A stretch of DNA of 62,975 nucleotides, the filler included, from Octopus bimaculoides (lineage: Eukaryota): NCBI RefSeq assembly GCF_001194135.2. It is 5 parts of 4 records of this genome, joined end to end, with 100 filler letters (N's around TTAATTAATTAA, not from the genome) between each part and the next. Parts side by side here need not be neighbours in the genome. Positions count along the whole stretch, not along the records: positions 1 to 31,828 come from NC_069006.1; 4 more parts are not named here. One strand, written 5' to 3'. A model generated the notes under the pieces. That model saw nothing but the letters and a program-made list of their open reading frames with translations. It was not told the DNA's origin and made no database searches. The position numbers were made by a program, and so were the translations under genes. Shown one piece after another: positions 1 through 11,280 of this stretch; positions within the stretch are counted from its first letter, which is position 1; each line of letters starts with the position of its first letter.

Positions 1-84
1 TTTATCTGGATGTAGACGTTAGAGGTTTCGAAACAGTTGTCCACAGCTAACTTCTTTCTCTTCGATTTTCGACAAAAATCATCT

Positions 85-600
85 CCTTTGAAATAGTCAC
101 CTTGCGCAGCAATACACCGGTTCAAGTTTTCCCGCCACTTTCGGAATCCGGTCTGGAAGTCGTTTTCCGTAACCGAGTCGAGGACCTTCTACGATTCACT
201 CTGCATCTCTCTCGACAACGGAGTTAAAACGGTGACCTTTCAGCTGCAGTTTTTTCTTGGGGGAAGAGATGGAAGTCTGCAGGTGCTAAAACTGGCGAAT
301 AGGGCAGGTGTAGGAGCGAAACCATGTTGTTTTTTGGCGAGAAACTCTCGAGTGAGGAGAGTTCGGTGAAGAATCCAATTCTTCGCACTCCACAGATCCG
401 GTCACTTTCGCCGAATGTCCTCCCTCAAACGCTTCGAAACAACGCGGTAGAACTCTCGCTTGACCGTGTGTCTCTGGGGGATGAATTCCCGATGCACAAT
501 ATCGCGGATGTCGAAGAACACGAAGAGCATGATCTTGATTGAGCTGAGGCTCTGTCGTGCCTTCTTCGGTCGTGGACATGAAGTGCTCTTCAATTGTGAC
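85..600 (-). mobile_element. Degenerate mariner (IS630-Tc1-mariner) transposase, C-terminal catalytic region
   Basis: Minus-strand peptides FFDIRDIVHREFIPQRHTVKREFYRVVSKRLREDIRRK and CEELDSSPNSP match the mariner catalytic domain (FFDxxGxVHxEF; xxxSPDLAP). Frameshifted. Similar to 39790-40100. Confidence 0.8.
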
Positions 601-620
601 CACTACTGCTCCGTCTCAGG

Positions 621-630
621 NNNNNNNNNN

Positions 631-684
<54 letters not shown>

Positions 685-685
685 A
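621..685. repeat. (GT)n microsatellite
   Basis: Pure GT run next to a 10-N gap; one of many in the window. Confidence 0.95.
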
Positions 686-808
686 TCTATCTATCTCTGT
701 CAGTCTATCTATCTATACATATATGTATGTATGTATTTGTTAATTAAATATATTTAATTATTTGTATGTTTGCGCCAATTTTCATTTCAAGGAACTGAAG
801 TAGTCACA

Positions 809-1861
809 ATGAACGATTCAGTGGATATAAGAAATGGAAGCTTTCTCTACCAATTCAGCACCGAATACGCGAAATACCACGGTTACCTCAGCCTAGTCGT
901 GTGTTTCTTTGGAATAGTAACCAACATTATCAATATAACGGTTCTGACCAGAAAGCACATGCGCACTCCAGTCAATTTGATCCTCACCTCATTAGCAGTC
1001 GCAGATATACTAACTATGGCCAGCTATCTACCCTTTTCTTGGCATTTTTACTGCAAGTACCCGAATCCAAATCCTCACCGCAACACATTCGGGTGGATGC
1101 AATTTCTAATATTTCACATCAATTTCACAACCACAACGCACACGGTTTCCGTCTGGTTGGGAGTTCTGCTCGCAATATTCCGCTACCGTCACATACAGTC
1201 TCCAGCAAAAGGAAATCTAACACGCATGCGCAGGATTATTCGTGCTCGCATTAGCGTCTGCCTGACTTACGTATCGGCGGCTCTTCTTCTCGTACCGAAC
1301 TACATATCATACGATTTGATTTTAAAAGACGAATCCTATTATGTTTTGAAAAGCATTAAAGCTAACAAGGACCGGTCGTTTCTAGTTAACCTGTGGTTGT
1401 ACAGCATCTTGGCCAAGCTTTTACCGTGTATTCTCATGATCGTTTACGGCGGACTTTTGTTACGAACTCTAAAGGCAAAGCTAAAAAACAAGCGCCGCTT
1501 GTCCAGCCTGGCTCCGGCCAACAGTCAGCCACGTATACTGGACCATTCTCGCACCACACGGATGCTGCTTGTTGTTGTGATTCTGTTCATTGTCACGGAA
1601 CTGCCTCAGGCTATCCTGCTCATACTCAGCGCCACTCTAGAAAAATTCTTCGGCGATTACTATACTCCGCTTGGAGATTTAATGGACATTGTGGCTTTAA
1701 TAAATAACGCTATAAACTTTGTACTCTACTGTTCAATGAGCCAAGAGTACCGAAGGACGCTCATGCAAATATACTGCTCGGTTCTGTCAACGCAACGTTC
1801 CATTGTCACGCTTGATATGGCACCAGAACTCATCACAAACACTCGCATTAACCTAAGATGA
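809..1861 (+). CDS. Rhodopsin-class 7TM GPCR, myosuppressin/sex-peptide receptor (DMSR/Srw)-like peptide receptor
   Basis: Uninterrupted 350-codon ORF from ATG 809 with seven hydrophobic segments. Motifs GIVTNIINITVLT (TM1), LAVADIL (TM2), FHINF...HTVSVWLGVLLAIFRY (TM3, DRY variant), ILFIVTELPQAIL (TM6) and NNAINFVLYC (TM7). A possible splice acceptor (ttttcatttcaag, 791) suggests an upstream exon. Confidence 0.93.
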   Translation: MNDSVDIRNGSFLYQFSTEYAKYHGYLSLVVCFFGIVTNIINITVLTRKHMRTPVNLILTSLAVADILTMASYLPFSWHFYCKYPNPNPHRNTFGWMQFLIFHINFTTTTHTVSVWLGVLLAIFRYRHIQSPAKGNLTRMRRIIRARISVCLTYVSAALLLVPNYISYDLILKDESYYVLKSIKANKDRSFLVNLWLYSILAKLLPCILMIVYGGLLLRTLKAKLKNKRRLSSLAPANSQPRILDHSRTTRMLLVVVILFIVTELPQAILLILSATLEKFFGDYYTPLGDLMDIVALINNAINFVLYCSMSQEYRRTLMQIYCSVLSTQRSIVTLDMAPELITNTRINLR

Positions 1862-2014
1862 CTACCGAGCAGAATATAAAAAAAAAAATACATCCATGCA
1901 AAAAAACTAACAAACAAAACGAACTGATATATAAAAAGAACAAGACAAAAAAAAATGACAATAAATAAAATTCATTTTCCTTCACCACTACTGCTGCTGT
2001 GCTGCTGCTACTGC

Positions 2015-2019
2015 TATTA

Positions 2020-2110
<91 letters not shown>

Positions 2111-2178
2111 CGTTTGCTTTTATTGTTTCTGTCAGCTTTCGTGTTGTTCTTTTTACATTGTTCTATTTATTATTATTA

Positions 2179-2229
<51 letters not shown>
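2015..2229. repeat. (TTA)n microsatellite, two tracts
   Basis: Direct reading; explains the poly-Y and poly-L ORFs. Confidence 0.95.
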
Positions 2230-2718
2230 GGGGGTGATGGATTTACATATGTGTTAGTGCGCCGAACAAAATGCCAAACGGTATTTTCCCACCAGCTCTT
2301 TCCCCACAGAGATCAACTTTGCATTTCGTCTCTGTGGGAAGAGGTCGATAAAATGAAGTACCAGCTAAGTACTGAGTCCAATTTAATCAACCATTCCTCT
2401 TCCCGTAAAATTGCTAGCCTTGTACCTAAAACAAAAACGATTATTATTATTTTTAGACTTTTCTATTTGCTGTTATTACTACCTTTATTGTTATTGTATA
2501 TTGTTATAATATCAAATATATATCAGTCAGGACTAGAGTCGAAATACTTTGTATTTTCCCATCTCTTAAATATTTGAGGCATCTGCATTTGTGTTTTATC
2601 GACAACGGACGGAGGAAAGCAATCCCTCAGGGGTCAGCTTTACCTTTCATCTCTCCGTTGACCATAAAATAAAACACCGGTTGATTACTGCAATCTCCCA
2701 AAATTTCAGGCCTTGTAC

Positions 2719-2970
2719 CTGAGAGAGCAGTGCATGCCATCAAAGTGACGCTGAGGTACAAGTATACGAAGTCCAATATACCCGTTATAACTACCCGTCT
2801 GATAAGGGTACACCAGGCACGTGCATCACAATCATATGTGCGTGACATGGTGATCTTATATCAAGATAAACAGCGCGTGACCTTGCAGGTGGGGGCCCAG
2901 TTAGAATTTTCTTCAGGTCGAGTAGCCCATTCCGCTCAAAAGGTCCCTGAATAAGTGTTGTTTAAGGATG
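2719..2970 (-). mobile_element. Unclassified ~240 bp interspersed repeat (family D), copy 1
   Basis: Nearly the same sequence as 4429-4659 (gagagcagtgcatgccatcaaagtgac...aaaaggtccctgaat). Confidence 0.75.
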
Positions 2971-3010
2971 TTGTTGTTGTTATTATTATTATTATTATTA
3001 TTATTGAAAA

Positions 3011-3140
3011 GGCGGTGAGCTGGCAGATCATTAAGCACGCCGGACAAAGTGCTCAACAGCTTTTCGTCTGGATTGAAATCTGGGTTGAAATTCTACCAAG
3101 GTCGGCTTTGTCTTTCATCCTTTTGGGGGTCGATTAAATA
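3011..3140 (+). mobile_element. tRNA-derived SINE family A, partial
   Basis: ggcggtgagctggcaga...ctttcatccttttgggggtcgattaaata matches the cleaner copies at 6218 and 19878. Confidence 0.75.
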
Positions 3141-3565
3141 NNNNNNNNNNNNNNNNNNNNNNNNNNNNNNNNNNNNNNNNNNNNNNNNNNNNNNNNNNNN
3201 NNNNNNNNNNNNNNNNNNNNNNNNNNNNNNNNNNNNNNNNNNNNNNNNNNNNNNNNNNNNNNNNNNNNNNNNNNNNNNNNNNNNNNNNNNNNNNNNNNNN
3301 NNNNNNNNNNNNNNNNNNNNNNNNNNNNNNNNNNNNNNNNNNNNNNNNNNNNNNNNNNNNNNNNNNNNNNNNNNNNNNNNNNNNNNNNNNNNNNNNNNNN
3401 NNNNNNNNNNNNNNNNNNNNNNNNNNNNNNNNNNNNNNNNNNNNNNNNNNNNNNNNNNNNNNNNNNNNNNNNNNNNNNNNNNNNNNNNNNNNNNNNNNNN
3501 NNNNNNNNNNNNNNNNNNNNNNNNNNNNNNNNNNNNNNNNNNNNNNNNNNNNNNNNNNNNNNNNN

Positions 3566-3656
<91 letters not shown>

Positions 3657-3657
<1 letters not shown>

Positions 3658-4100
3658 GGCGAGTTGGCAGAACCGTTAGCGCGCTGGGCGATATTAATAG
3701 CAGTATTTCGCCCGTCGCTACAGTCTGAGTTCAAATTCCGTCGGAGTCGGCTTTGCCTTTCATCTTTTCAGCACGATAAAATAAGTACCAGTTGAACACT
3801 GGGGTCGATGTAATCGACTCATCTACTCCCCCAAAGTTACTGCCCTTGTGGAAAAATTCGAAACCACTATCATAAGTATTATTATTATTACTATTAAAAC
3901 TCCTGGCAAGCAGAAGCGTTAGAGCGACTGCAAAATTGCGCTTCAGTATCTCTTCCGACTCTTTGCATTCTGAATTCAAATCCGACCGTGCTGAACTTTG
4001 CCGTTTTTCCCTTCCAGGTCCATGAAATAAAGCAGTGGCGTCGATATCATCAACTAACCCCCTCCTCCTAATTTCTGGCTCTGTGCCTATATTAGAAGCT
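3657..4100 (+). mobile_element. SINE family A, two tandem copies after (TAA)n
   Basis: gagttggcagaaccgttagc...gagttcaaattccg...gcctttcatc...aagtaccagtt, followed by a more diverged copy from about 3900. Confidence 0.75.
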
Positions 4101-4428
4101 ATTATTATTATTATTATTATTATATTGTTTTGTCTTTGCTTTTATTTGTCCAAGCTGCACCCAAGTCTCAAACCAGAGGCATCAAGGTATAAACAAGTTT
4201 TTGCATCTAAAGATGCAAAGCAGTTGAGGTGCAATTGAAAATCTAATGTGTGTTATAAAAAATATTATAATAAATTCTTTTTTATAAAATTTATATGAAA
4301 ACTGAATGAATAAGATTGTGTTTACATGAAGAGGAATTTAAGTCAAATATGTGAGGTTCCCACAAATACGGTCTTTTGCAATCCACTTATTTAGGGGCTG
4401 TCATTATTATTATTATTATTATTATTAT

Positions 4429-4658
4429 GTGAGAGAGCAGTGCATGCCATCAAAGTGACACTGGGGTAAAATATACGAAGCCCAATATACCCATCATGAC
4501 TACCCGTCTGATAAGAGTACACCAGGCACATGCATCACAATAATATGTGCGCGACGTGGTGATCTCATATAAAGATAAACAGCGCATGACCTCGTAGGTG
4601 GGGCCCAGTTAGAATTTTCTTCAGGTCGAGTAGCCCATCCCGCTCAAAAGGTCCCTGA

Positions 4659-4659
<1 letters not shown>
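4429..4659 (-). mobile_element. Unclassified repeat family D, copy 2; (TAA)n tail on minus strand
   Basis: Matches 2719-2970. The minus-strand 3' end runs into (TAA)n, as expected for a retroposed 3' end. Confidence 0.75.
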
Positions 4660-4706
<47 letters not shown>

Positions 4707-5979
4707 GTTATTGTTATTGTTATTATTATTATTATTATTATTATTNNNNNNNNNNNNNNNNNNNNNNNNNNNNNNNNNNNNNNNNNNNNNNNNNNNNNNN
4801 NNNNNNNNNNNNNNNNNNNNNNNNNNNNNNNNNNNNNNNNNNNNNNNNNNNNNNNNNNNNNNNNNNNNNNNNNNNNNNNNNNNNNNNNNNNNNNNNNNNN
4901 NNNNNNNNNNNNNNNNNNNNNNNNNNNNNNNNNNNNNNNNNNNNNNNNNNNNNNNNNNNNNNNNNNNNNNNNNNNNNNNNNNNNNNNNNNNNNNNNNNNN
5001 NNNTATAGCTTCGGCAAAAAATGTTTTGCGATATTTGTTCTGGATCTTTACATTCTGAATTCAAATCCCGTTGATGTTAACTTATATACGATTCATTCGT
5101 TGAGAGTATCAGTAAAAATAAACAAAAAAAAAAGCAAATCCTGCTAGAGTGGAATATAATTTTATATAAAAGTAATGGTTAGACTATTTCAAGTTTCGCA
5201 CTTGAAAAGTAGAATATTCAGCCGCACTTATATAAGGCATATCATGTAATAAGTTCAGACTCGTATCATACGGCTCCCCACTGAGAATACACAAGAGAAA
5301 CATGAAAAGAGGAAACGAAACGCTCTAAGGGAAAGGGAGATAATTCAGTTCTTGGAATTTAGATGTTGTTTCTTTAGTCAAGACTGAGGAGTTTGCCATG
5401 TCGGGAGTATATTGTTAATACTAAGCGCATATGGCAATCAGTTACATAGTATGGTTTCTCTATGGGAATATATATGTCAATACTGAACTTGTAAGTCTTC
5501 AGTGAATAGGTGTGGTACCTGTCAGAGGCATTTTAATAAGAAAAAGGCTAATATGAGTGTAACCAAGTGTGGAATTCTTCAACTGACAGACATTTGTTCC
5601 TATGCCTATATCTTGTAAATATATCAGACCTCGAGGTTAAATAATCGGTGCTATTCTTCAGCGTAATGAGGATGTATATTCGTTCGGTTATATAGAGTCT
5701 ACAATTCGTGAGCCATTAATGTATGGATTATTTCCCTTTCTCTTAGTGCGTTTCTTCTATTTTTCGTATTTTCTCGTGGATTCTTGCTGAGTGCCCATTT
5801 CATATGAGTCTGAATGATTGCTGGATCGCACATGGAAAACTTTATATAAGCCCGATTGAATATTGTAATTTTCAAGTACAGGACTTGAAGTAGATCACCG
5901 ATAACTTCGATGTATGTATATATGTGTAGATACATATGTGTGTGTGTGTGTATATATATGTATATATACATATATATAC

Positions 5980-6015
<36 letters not shown>

Positions 6016-6173
6016 GTGTGTGTGTATGTATATGTATACATATACATATATGCATGTATGCATATANNNNNNNNNNNNNNNNNNNNNNNNNNNNNNNNNN
6101 NNNNNNNNNNNNNNNNNNNNNNNNNNNNNNNNNNNNNNNNNNNNNNNNNNNNNNNNNNNNNNNNNNNNNNNNN

Positions 6174-6208
<35 letters not shown>

Positions 6209-6217
6209 TTATATAAA

Positions 6218-6434
6218 GACGGCGAGCTGGCAGAATCGTTAGCGCGCCGGACGAAATGCTTATCGGTATTTCGTCTGCCATTACGTTCTGAGTTCAAATT
6301 CCGCCGAGGTCGACTTTGCCTTTCATCCTTTCGGGGTCGATTAAATAAGTACCAGTTACGCACTGGGGTCAATATAATCGACTTAATCCGTTTGTCTGTC
6401 CCCTTTGTGTGTAGCCCCTTGTGGGCAGTAAAGA

Positions 6435-6439
<5 letters not shown>
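6218..6439 (+). mobile_element. tRNA-derived SINE family A, full-length
   Basis: A-box-like gagctggcagaatcgttag, B-box-like gagttcaaattcc, central gcctttcatcctttcggggtcgattaaataagtaccag (from memory similar to the Deu/Nin SINE core), and tail gtgggcagtaaagaaataa. Near-identical to 19878-20105. Confidence 0.85.
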
Positions 6440-6473
<34 letters not shown>

Positions 6474-8399
6474 AATACTCATACACGTATATATAACGTA
6501 TATATTCATATATAAATATATATACGTATATACATATGTGTGAGTGTGTGTATGCGTTTATACATACGTACATACTGGAAATAACAGTCGATAACCGTAC
6601 GACGTTATACATATACATATATATACGTATATACACATATACTGAGAGAAATTATGAATGTTTTCTTTTTAATTTAGTTTCTGTCGCAGCAAACGGCTGA
6701 GAGACACGTAATCCCCCGGATCGTGGATAGGGCGATAGTTCATCTGAAATAATGTTCCCCCAAAACAGAGACAGTTTTGTAGATATGTTCGATCTGGGGG
6801 GTGCATGAACTACGAAATCATCACCGCCAAATGTATCCATTTAATTTTGAACACAACCCCCTGTAGTTGGCTGGTGTTTAGCCCAATGTCAGCCCTGTTT
6901 TAAAAGAATCTATTAGTGAAAGGCATTCCGGCCATCACCAGCCCGTCTATTGGAATATTGTATATTTATGACATCATTGTCCAATGTAATTTTTATTTTA
7001 TTTCACGACAGTAAGATCCAATTTGGAGGGAATTTCGCTGCTTTTGTTAGCAGATTTATTGACCGCTCAGAAGTTCCCTTATTGTCTCCATTCTCCTCAT
7101 TCCTGTAGTTGTTTCTGTTCGCAATTATCTTCAAAGTTTTGTTTTCCTTCTATATATCACTCGCTTGCTACCAATGTTTCGATATAAAATTTTGAAGATA
7201 AAATAAAGCTAAATCGATTGAAATGTTTATTTGACTCCAGCCAAAGCAACATCACCACTTTCTGTCTCTTCCTCAAACTTTCTGACGCAGAGCAAGAGCC
7301 CGAAATGTTAGATTCTTCACTCCTCACAGTAAACTGAACTAAATGAATTCTTCATGAAACCTCTCCTCGTGTTCTGGATATTTCCCTTTGAGCTGCATTC
7401 ACCACAAGCTTTCAGATTTATTAACTAATCGATTCTTAAATTTCTTACAGGTATGCTCATCATTTTACATAAAAATCAAGTATAAGAGTAGGTGACATTC
7501 AGGGTTGCTTTTGTTATATTTCGCTAGAATTTTAATGAAATTTTGTTTCCGTTGTTCAACCTTAGATCAACCCAGATCTTGCAGCGTTTTCATCAGACAT
7601 TCCAGCCGTGAAAATACCATTTCGTCTTTTTTTTTTTTCAGAAATCCAGCAGTACATTACTGAATGTTTTTTCAATTTGTTAAGATGTCGGGGACGAAAT
7701 TACTGTGTATTTGAATGCACTTACAATTAGTTCGGACAGCGACCATGTAAAGCTTGTCTGTAGTAGAAATTTCTTCATCAGAGATCAGCAAAATATTTTA
7801 ATGCCTATTGTACACATTTATATTACATTATGTCTTATATATATAAAAAAAATATCCTTGGACGTGCCTCTGTTTACATTACTTGAAAAGAATATAAGCA
7901 AATATCAAATAGATCACGACACCAAAATATATCTAAAAGCCATCAGCTGCTCAATGGCCTACACATGTACTAAATTTCAAATGTTTTTAGAAGTAGCACA
8001 TTTACTCTTCAACTATTTCTCGTCCCTACACAAAATATATAAATTTATAAAATTATTAATACACGAGGCAAATACATCTTCTGTGTTAATAAACCACATC
8101 GATACCGAAGATATCTTGTCCGAACCTAAATAAGTAAACTCCTTGGCAACTCAACCACTTATATATTTTACCCTCACGAAACTATTTCAAAACAAAAACT
8201 CCCTAAAACAACAGTATGGGTACATTGATGGAACCTCAATTGACCCATAGATAACACCTCAATGGCTCACTTGTTCGCAGTCGCCTTCTGTTTCCGTTTC
8301 CGATCCGTAACCTAGAGCCTTCTACGAAATCCTTCCCCTGAATTATTACATTATAAGTGCGAAGAAACATGCAATTATCTTGATATTGCATAGTTCTAA

Positions 8400-10230
8400 T
8401 TTGCTTGTGTGGCATAAAATGGATGGCTGATACTTCTCCTCCGCTCTATAGGTCACCAATCTTTGCAGACGCATGATCTAATTCCTTGGGACATTTCACT
8501 CTTTAATGCTAGTGGTGGGGATTAGAATGCCATCTTGGACGTACGACTGGATTGGGTGGGGCTAGTCCGTAGGAAAAAGGGATGTAAAAGCCTCACAAAA
8601 CTGCTCAGTTGCTTTCAGCTGGCTGACAGGTACCAACTGAATTTCCCGAATGCGCCAATGTGGACTTGGGAAAACAGCATTGGCTCCTCCAGCTCGTATC
8701 TAGATAGAATATTCTGTAGACCTGTAGAGAGAAGTAGCATAAAGTATCCACAATTGAAAGTGGTCGGCTACACAGACTACAGACCTATATAGTATCTAGG
8801 CTGGGCTCCGGATACTAGCGTGTCAAGCCTTCAAAAACCGGGTTAGTAAGTTAATATATTGGAAGTTGTCTGGTACAATTGTCAACTTTTCAGGTATGTC
8901 CACCATTGGTTATAAACCAATAGTGGATATCCCTGAAAATGGCTATTAAAGTTGAGGTGTTAGGGTTTAGAAAAGACATAGCGTTAGAGGAATGTAGAAT
9001 AGAGTGAGATCTAGCTAGGAAGCTAAAAGAAGCGATCAGGAAGGACAGAGCGAGCGACGTGCTGGTGGTGACATTGAGCTCTTGATCAATTTTTTAATGC
9101 CAAGCAAAGCGAGGGCGCGTGTCCTAAGACACGACAGAATGAAAGCTGTTCGATTGGCCCGGGTGGCAGAAGCGCAACGTGGAAATAAATCCACAATTCA
9201 GTCTTTGACGAGCCGGGAGTAGCTCATGCTACTCGAACGCATGCAGATATTGTGGAATTTCAGGGGCGCTTTGCGGAAATGTACTGAGAAAAGCCCCGAA
9301 CAAAAGGGACAATATTGATCATTTTAGGCTCGTAAGTTTACTATACGCAGATTACAAGATTTTGGCCTTAGTGTTAGCAAAGAGGTTGGCGCTTGTCGTT
9401 GATAGACTGGTCAGTGGTGCGCAGACGTACGCTTTACGTAACATCTATCTACGACAACTTCCACCTCACGTATTACATCGTAGGGAGGGTAAGTAAGAAA
9501 CCTGGCATGGGTGGAGCCCAAACCAGTTTGGATCAATTGGAAATTTCCGATAGAGTCGGCCAGCAATACTTGGAGGCTATCCTAGTGGCGGCCGGTTTCG
9601 GTCCTCTTTTCAGAGGCTTTATCATCGCAATGTACAGTGATATCTGTTCGTTGGTCAAAGTAAATGGTCAGCAATCGGAGTCACTTAGCATCACACGTTC
9701 TCTCCGTCAAGTATACCCACTCTCACCCCTTCTGTACGTCCTTGCTACGGAAACTGGGCGTTTTGAGGGTCATCCCACGTGAACTATGGAGATTGGTGTC
9801 AGCTTATACAGACGACGTCACCGTAATAGTCTCGAATATCTCAGAGATCCAGATGATCATCATTACCCTAAGGGAGTACGAAGCAGTGCCAGGAGTATAG
9901 ATTAACCAAGAGAAGTCGGCGGGTCAGCAGATCGGCACCTACAGGGGCAGGTTCATGCCACTCGACAGCGTATTGGGGCGCAGGACGGAAGGACCGGTTA
10001 AATTGCTCGGGGTTTGGTTTCGTCCGCACTTCCAGGTGGAGAAGAACTAGGTGAAGACGACCGGCAGGGTGGCCAGTCTCTCCCAAAAATTGGTAGGGAA
10101 GAAACTGTCCATGAAGTGTTGGAGATGGCGAATGCCAACAACACATTTGTCATCTGCTGCTACCTGATCGTCGTTTCTTGTCCTAATTCGTTGCTGATCA
10201 CGCTGGAGCACTTGCTCTCCCGGTTTCAGT
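8400..10230 (+). mobile_element. Decayed Tx1/L1-like LINE ORF2 (endonuclease and RT fragments)
   Basis: KKGCKSLTKLL...MWTW...SSYLDRIFC (APE end), VLAKRLALVID...SIYDNFHL and SAYTDDVTVIVS (YADD equivalent). Homologous to the element at 20655-26120. Confidence 0.8.
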
Positions 10231-10258
10231 GAAAAGCAAAAGAATAAAGAAGAAAAGA

Positions 10259-10304
<46 letters not shown>

Positions 10305-11093
10305 NNNNNNNNNNNNNNNNNNNNNNNNNNNNNNNNNNNNNNNNNNNNNNNNNNNNNNNNNNNNNNNNNNNNNNNNNNNNNNNNNNNNNNNNNNNNNNNN
10401 NNNNNNNNNNNNNNNNNNNNNNNNNNNNNNNNNNNNNNNNNNNNNNNNNNNNNNNNNNNNNNNNNNNNNNNNNNNNNNNNNNNNNNNNNNNNNNNNNNNN
10501 NNNNNNNNNNNNNNNNNNNNNNNNNNNNNNNNNNNNNNNNNNNNNNNNNNNNNNNNNNNNNNNNNNNNNNNNNNNNNNNNNNNNNNNNNNNNNNNNNNNN
10601 NNNNNNNNNNNNNNNNNNNNNNNNNNNNNNNNNNNNNNNNNNNNNNNNNNNNNNNNNNNNNNNNNNNNNNNNNNNNNNNNNNNNNNNNNNNNNNNNNNNN
10701 NNNNNNNNNNNNNNNNNNNNNNNNNNNNNNNNNNNNNNNNNNNNNNNNNNNNNNNNNNNNNNNNNNNNNNNNNNNNNNNNNNNNNNNNNNNNNNNNNNNN
10801 NNNNNNNNNNNNNNNNNNNNNNNNNNNNNNNNNNNNNNNNNNNNNNNNNNNNNNNNNNNNNNNNNNNNNNNNNNNNNNNNNNNNNNNNNNNNNNNNNNNN
10901 NNNNNNNNNNNNNNNNNNNNNNNNNNNNNNNNNNNNNNNNNNNNNNNNNNNNNNNNNNNNNNNNNNNNNNNNNNNNNNNNNNNNNNNNNNNNNNNNNNNN
11001 NNNNNNNNNNNNNNNNNNNNNNNNNNNNNNNNNNNNNNNNNNNNNNNNNNNNNNNNNNNNNNNNNNNNNNNNNNNNNNNNNNNNNNNNNNNNN

Positions 11094-11280
11094 ATATGTA
11101 TATGTTTGTGTGCTTACGTCCCCGTAACTTAGCGGTTCGGCAAAAGAGATCGATAGAATAAGTACTAGGCTTCCAAAGAATAAGTCGTCCTTGGGTCGAT
11201 TTGCTCGACTAAAGGCGGTGCTCCAGCATGGCTACAGTCAAAAGACTGAAACAAGTAAAAGAGTAAAAGAGTAAAGAGTA
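11094..11280 (+). mobile_element. SINE family B, 3' half
   Basis: cttagcggttcggcaaaagagatcgatagaataagtactagg...gactaaaggcggtgctccagcatggc...ctgaaacaagtaaaagagta. Confidence 0.8.

Noticed and set aside
7690-7795. Minus-strand CUGAUGA with a GAAAUU/AAUUUC stem
   Set aside because: No GAAA follows the stem, so the hammerhead core is incomplete.
10229-11161. Long ORFs consisting of X, CV, YI or HT repeats throughout the track
   Set aside because: They run through N gaps and microsatellites.
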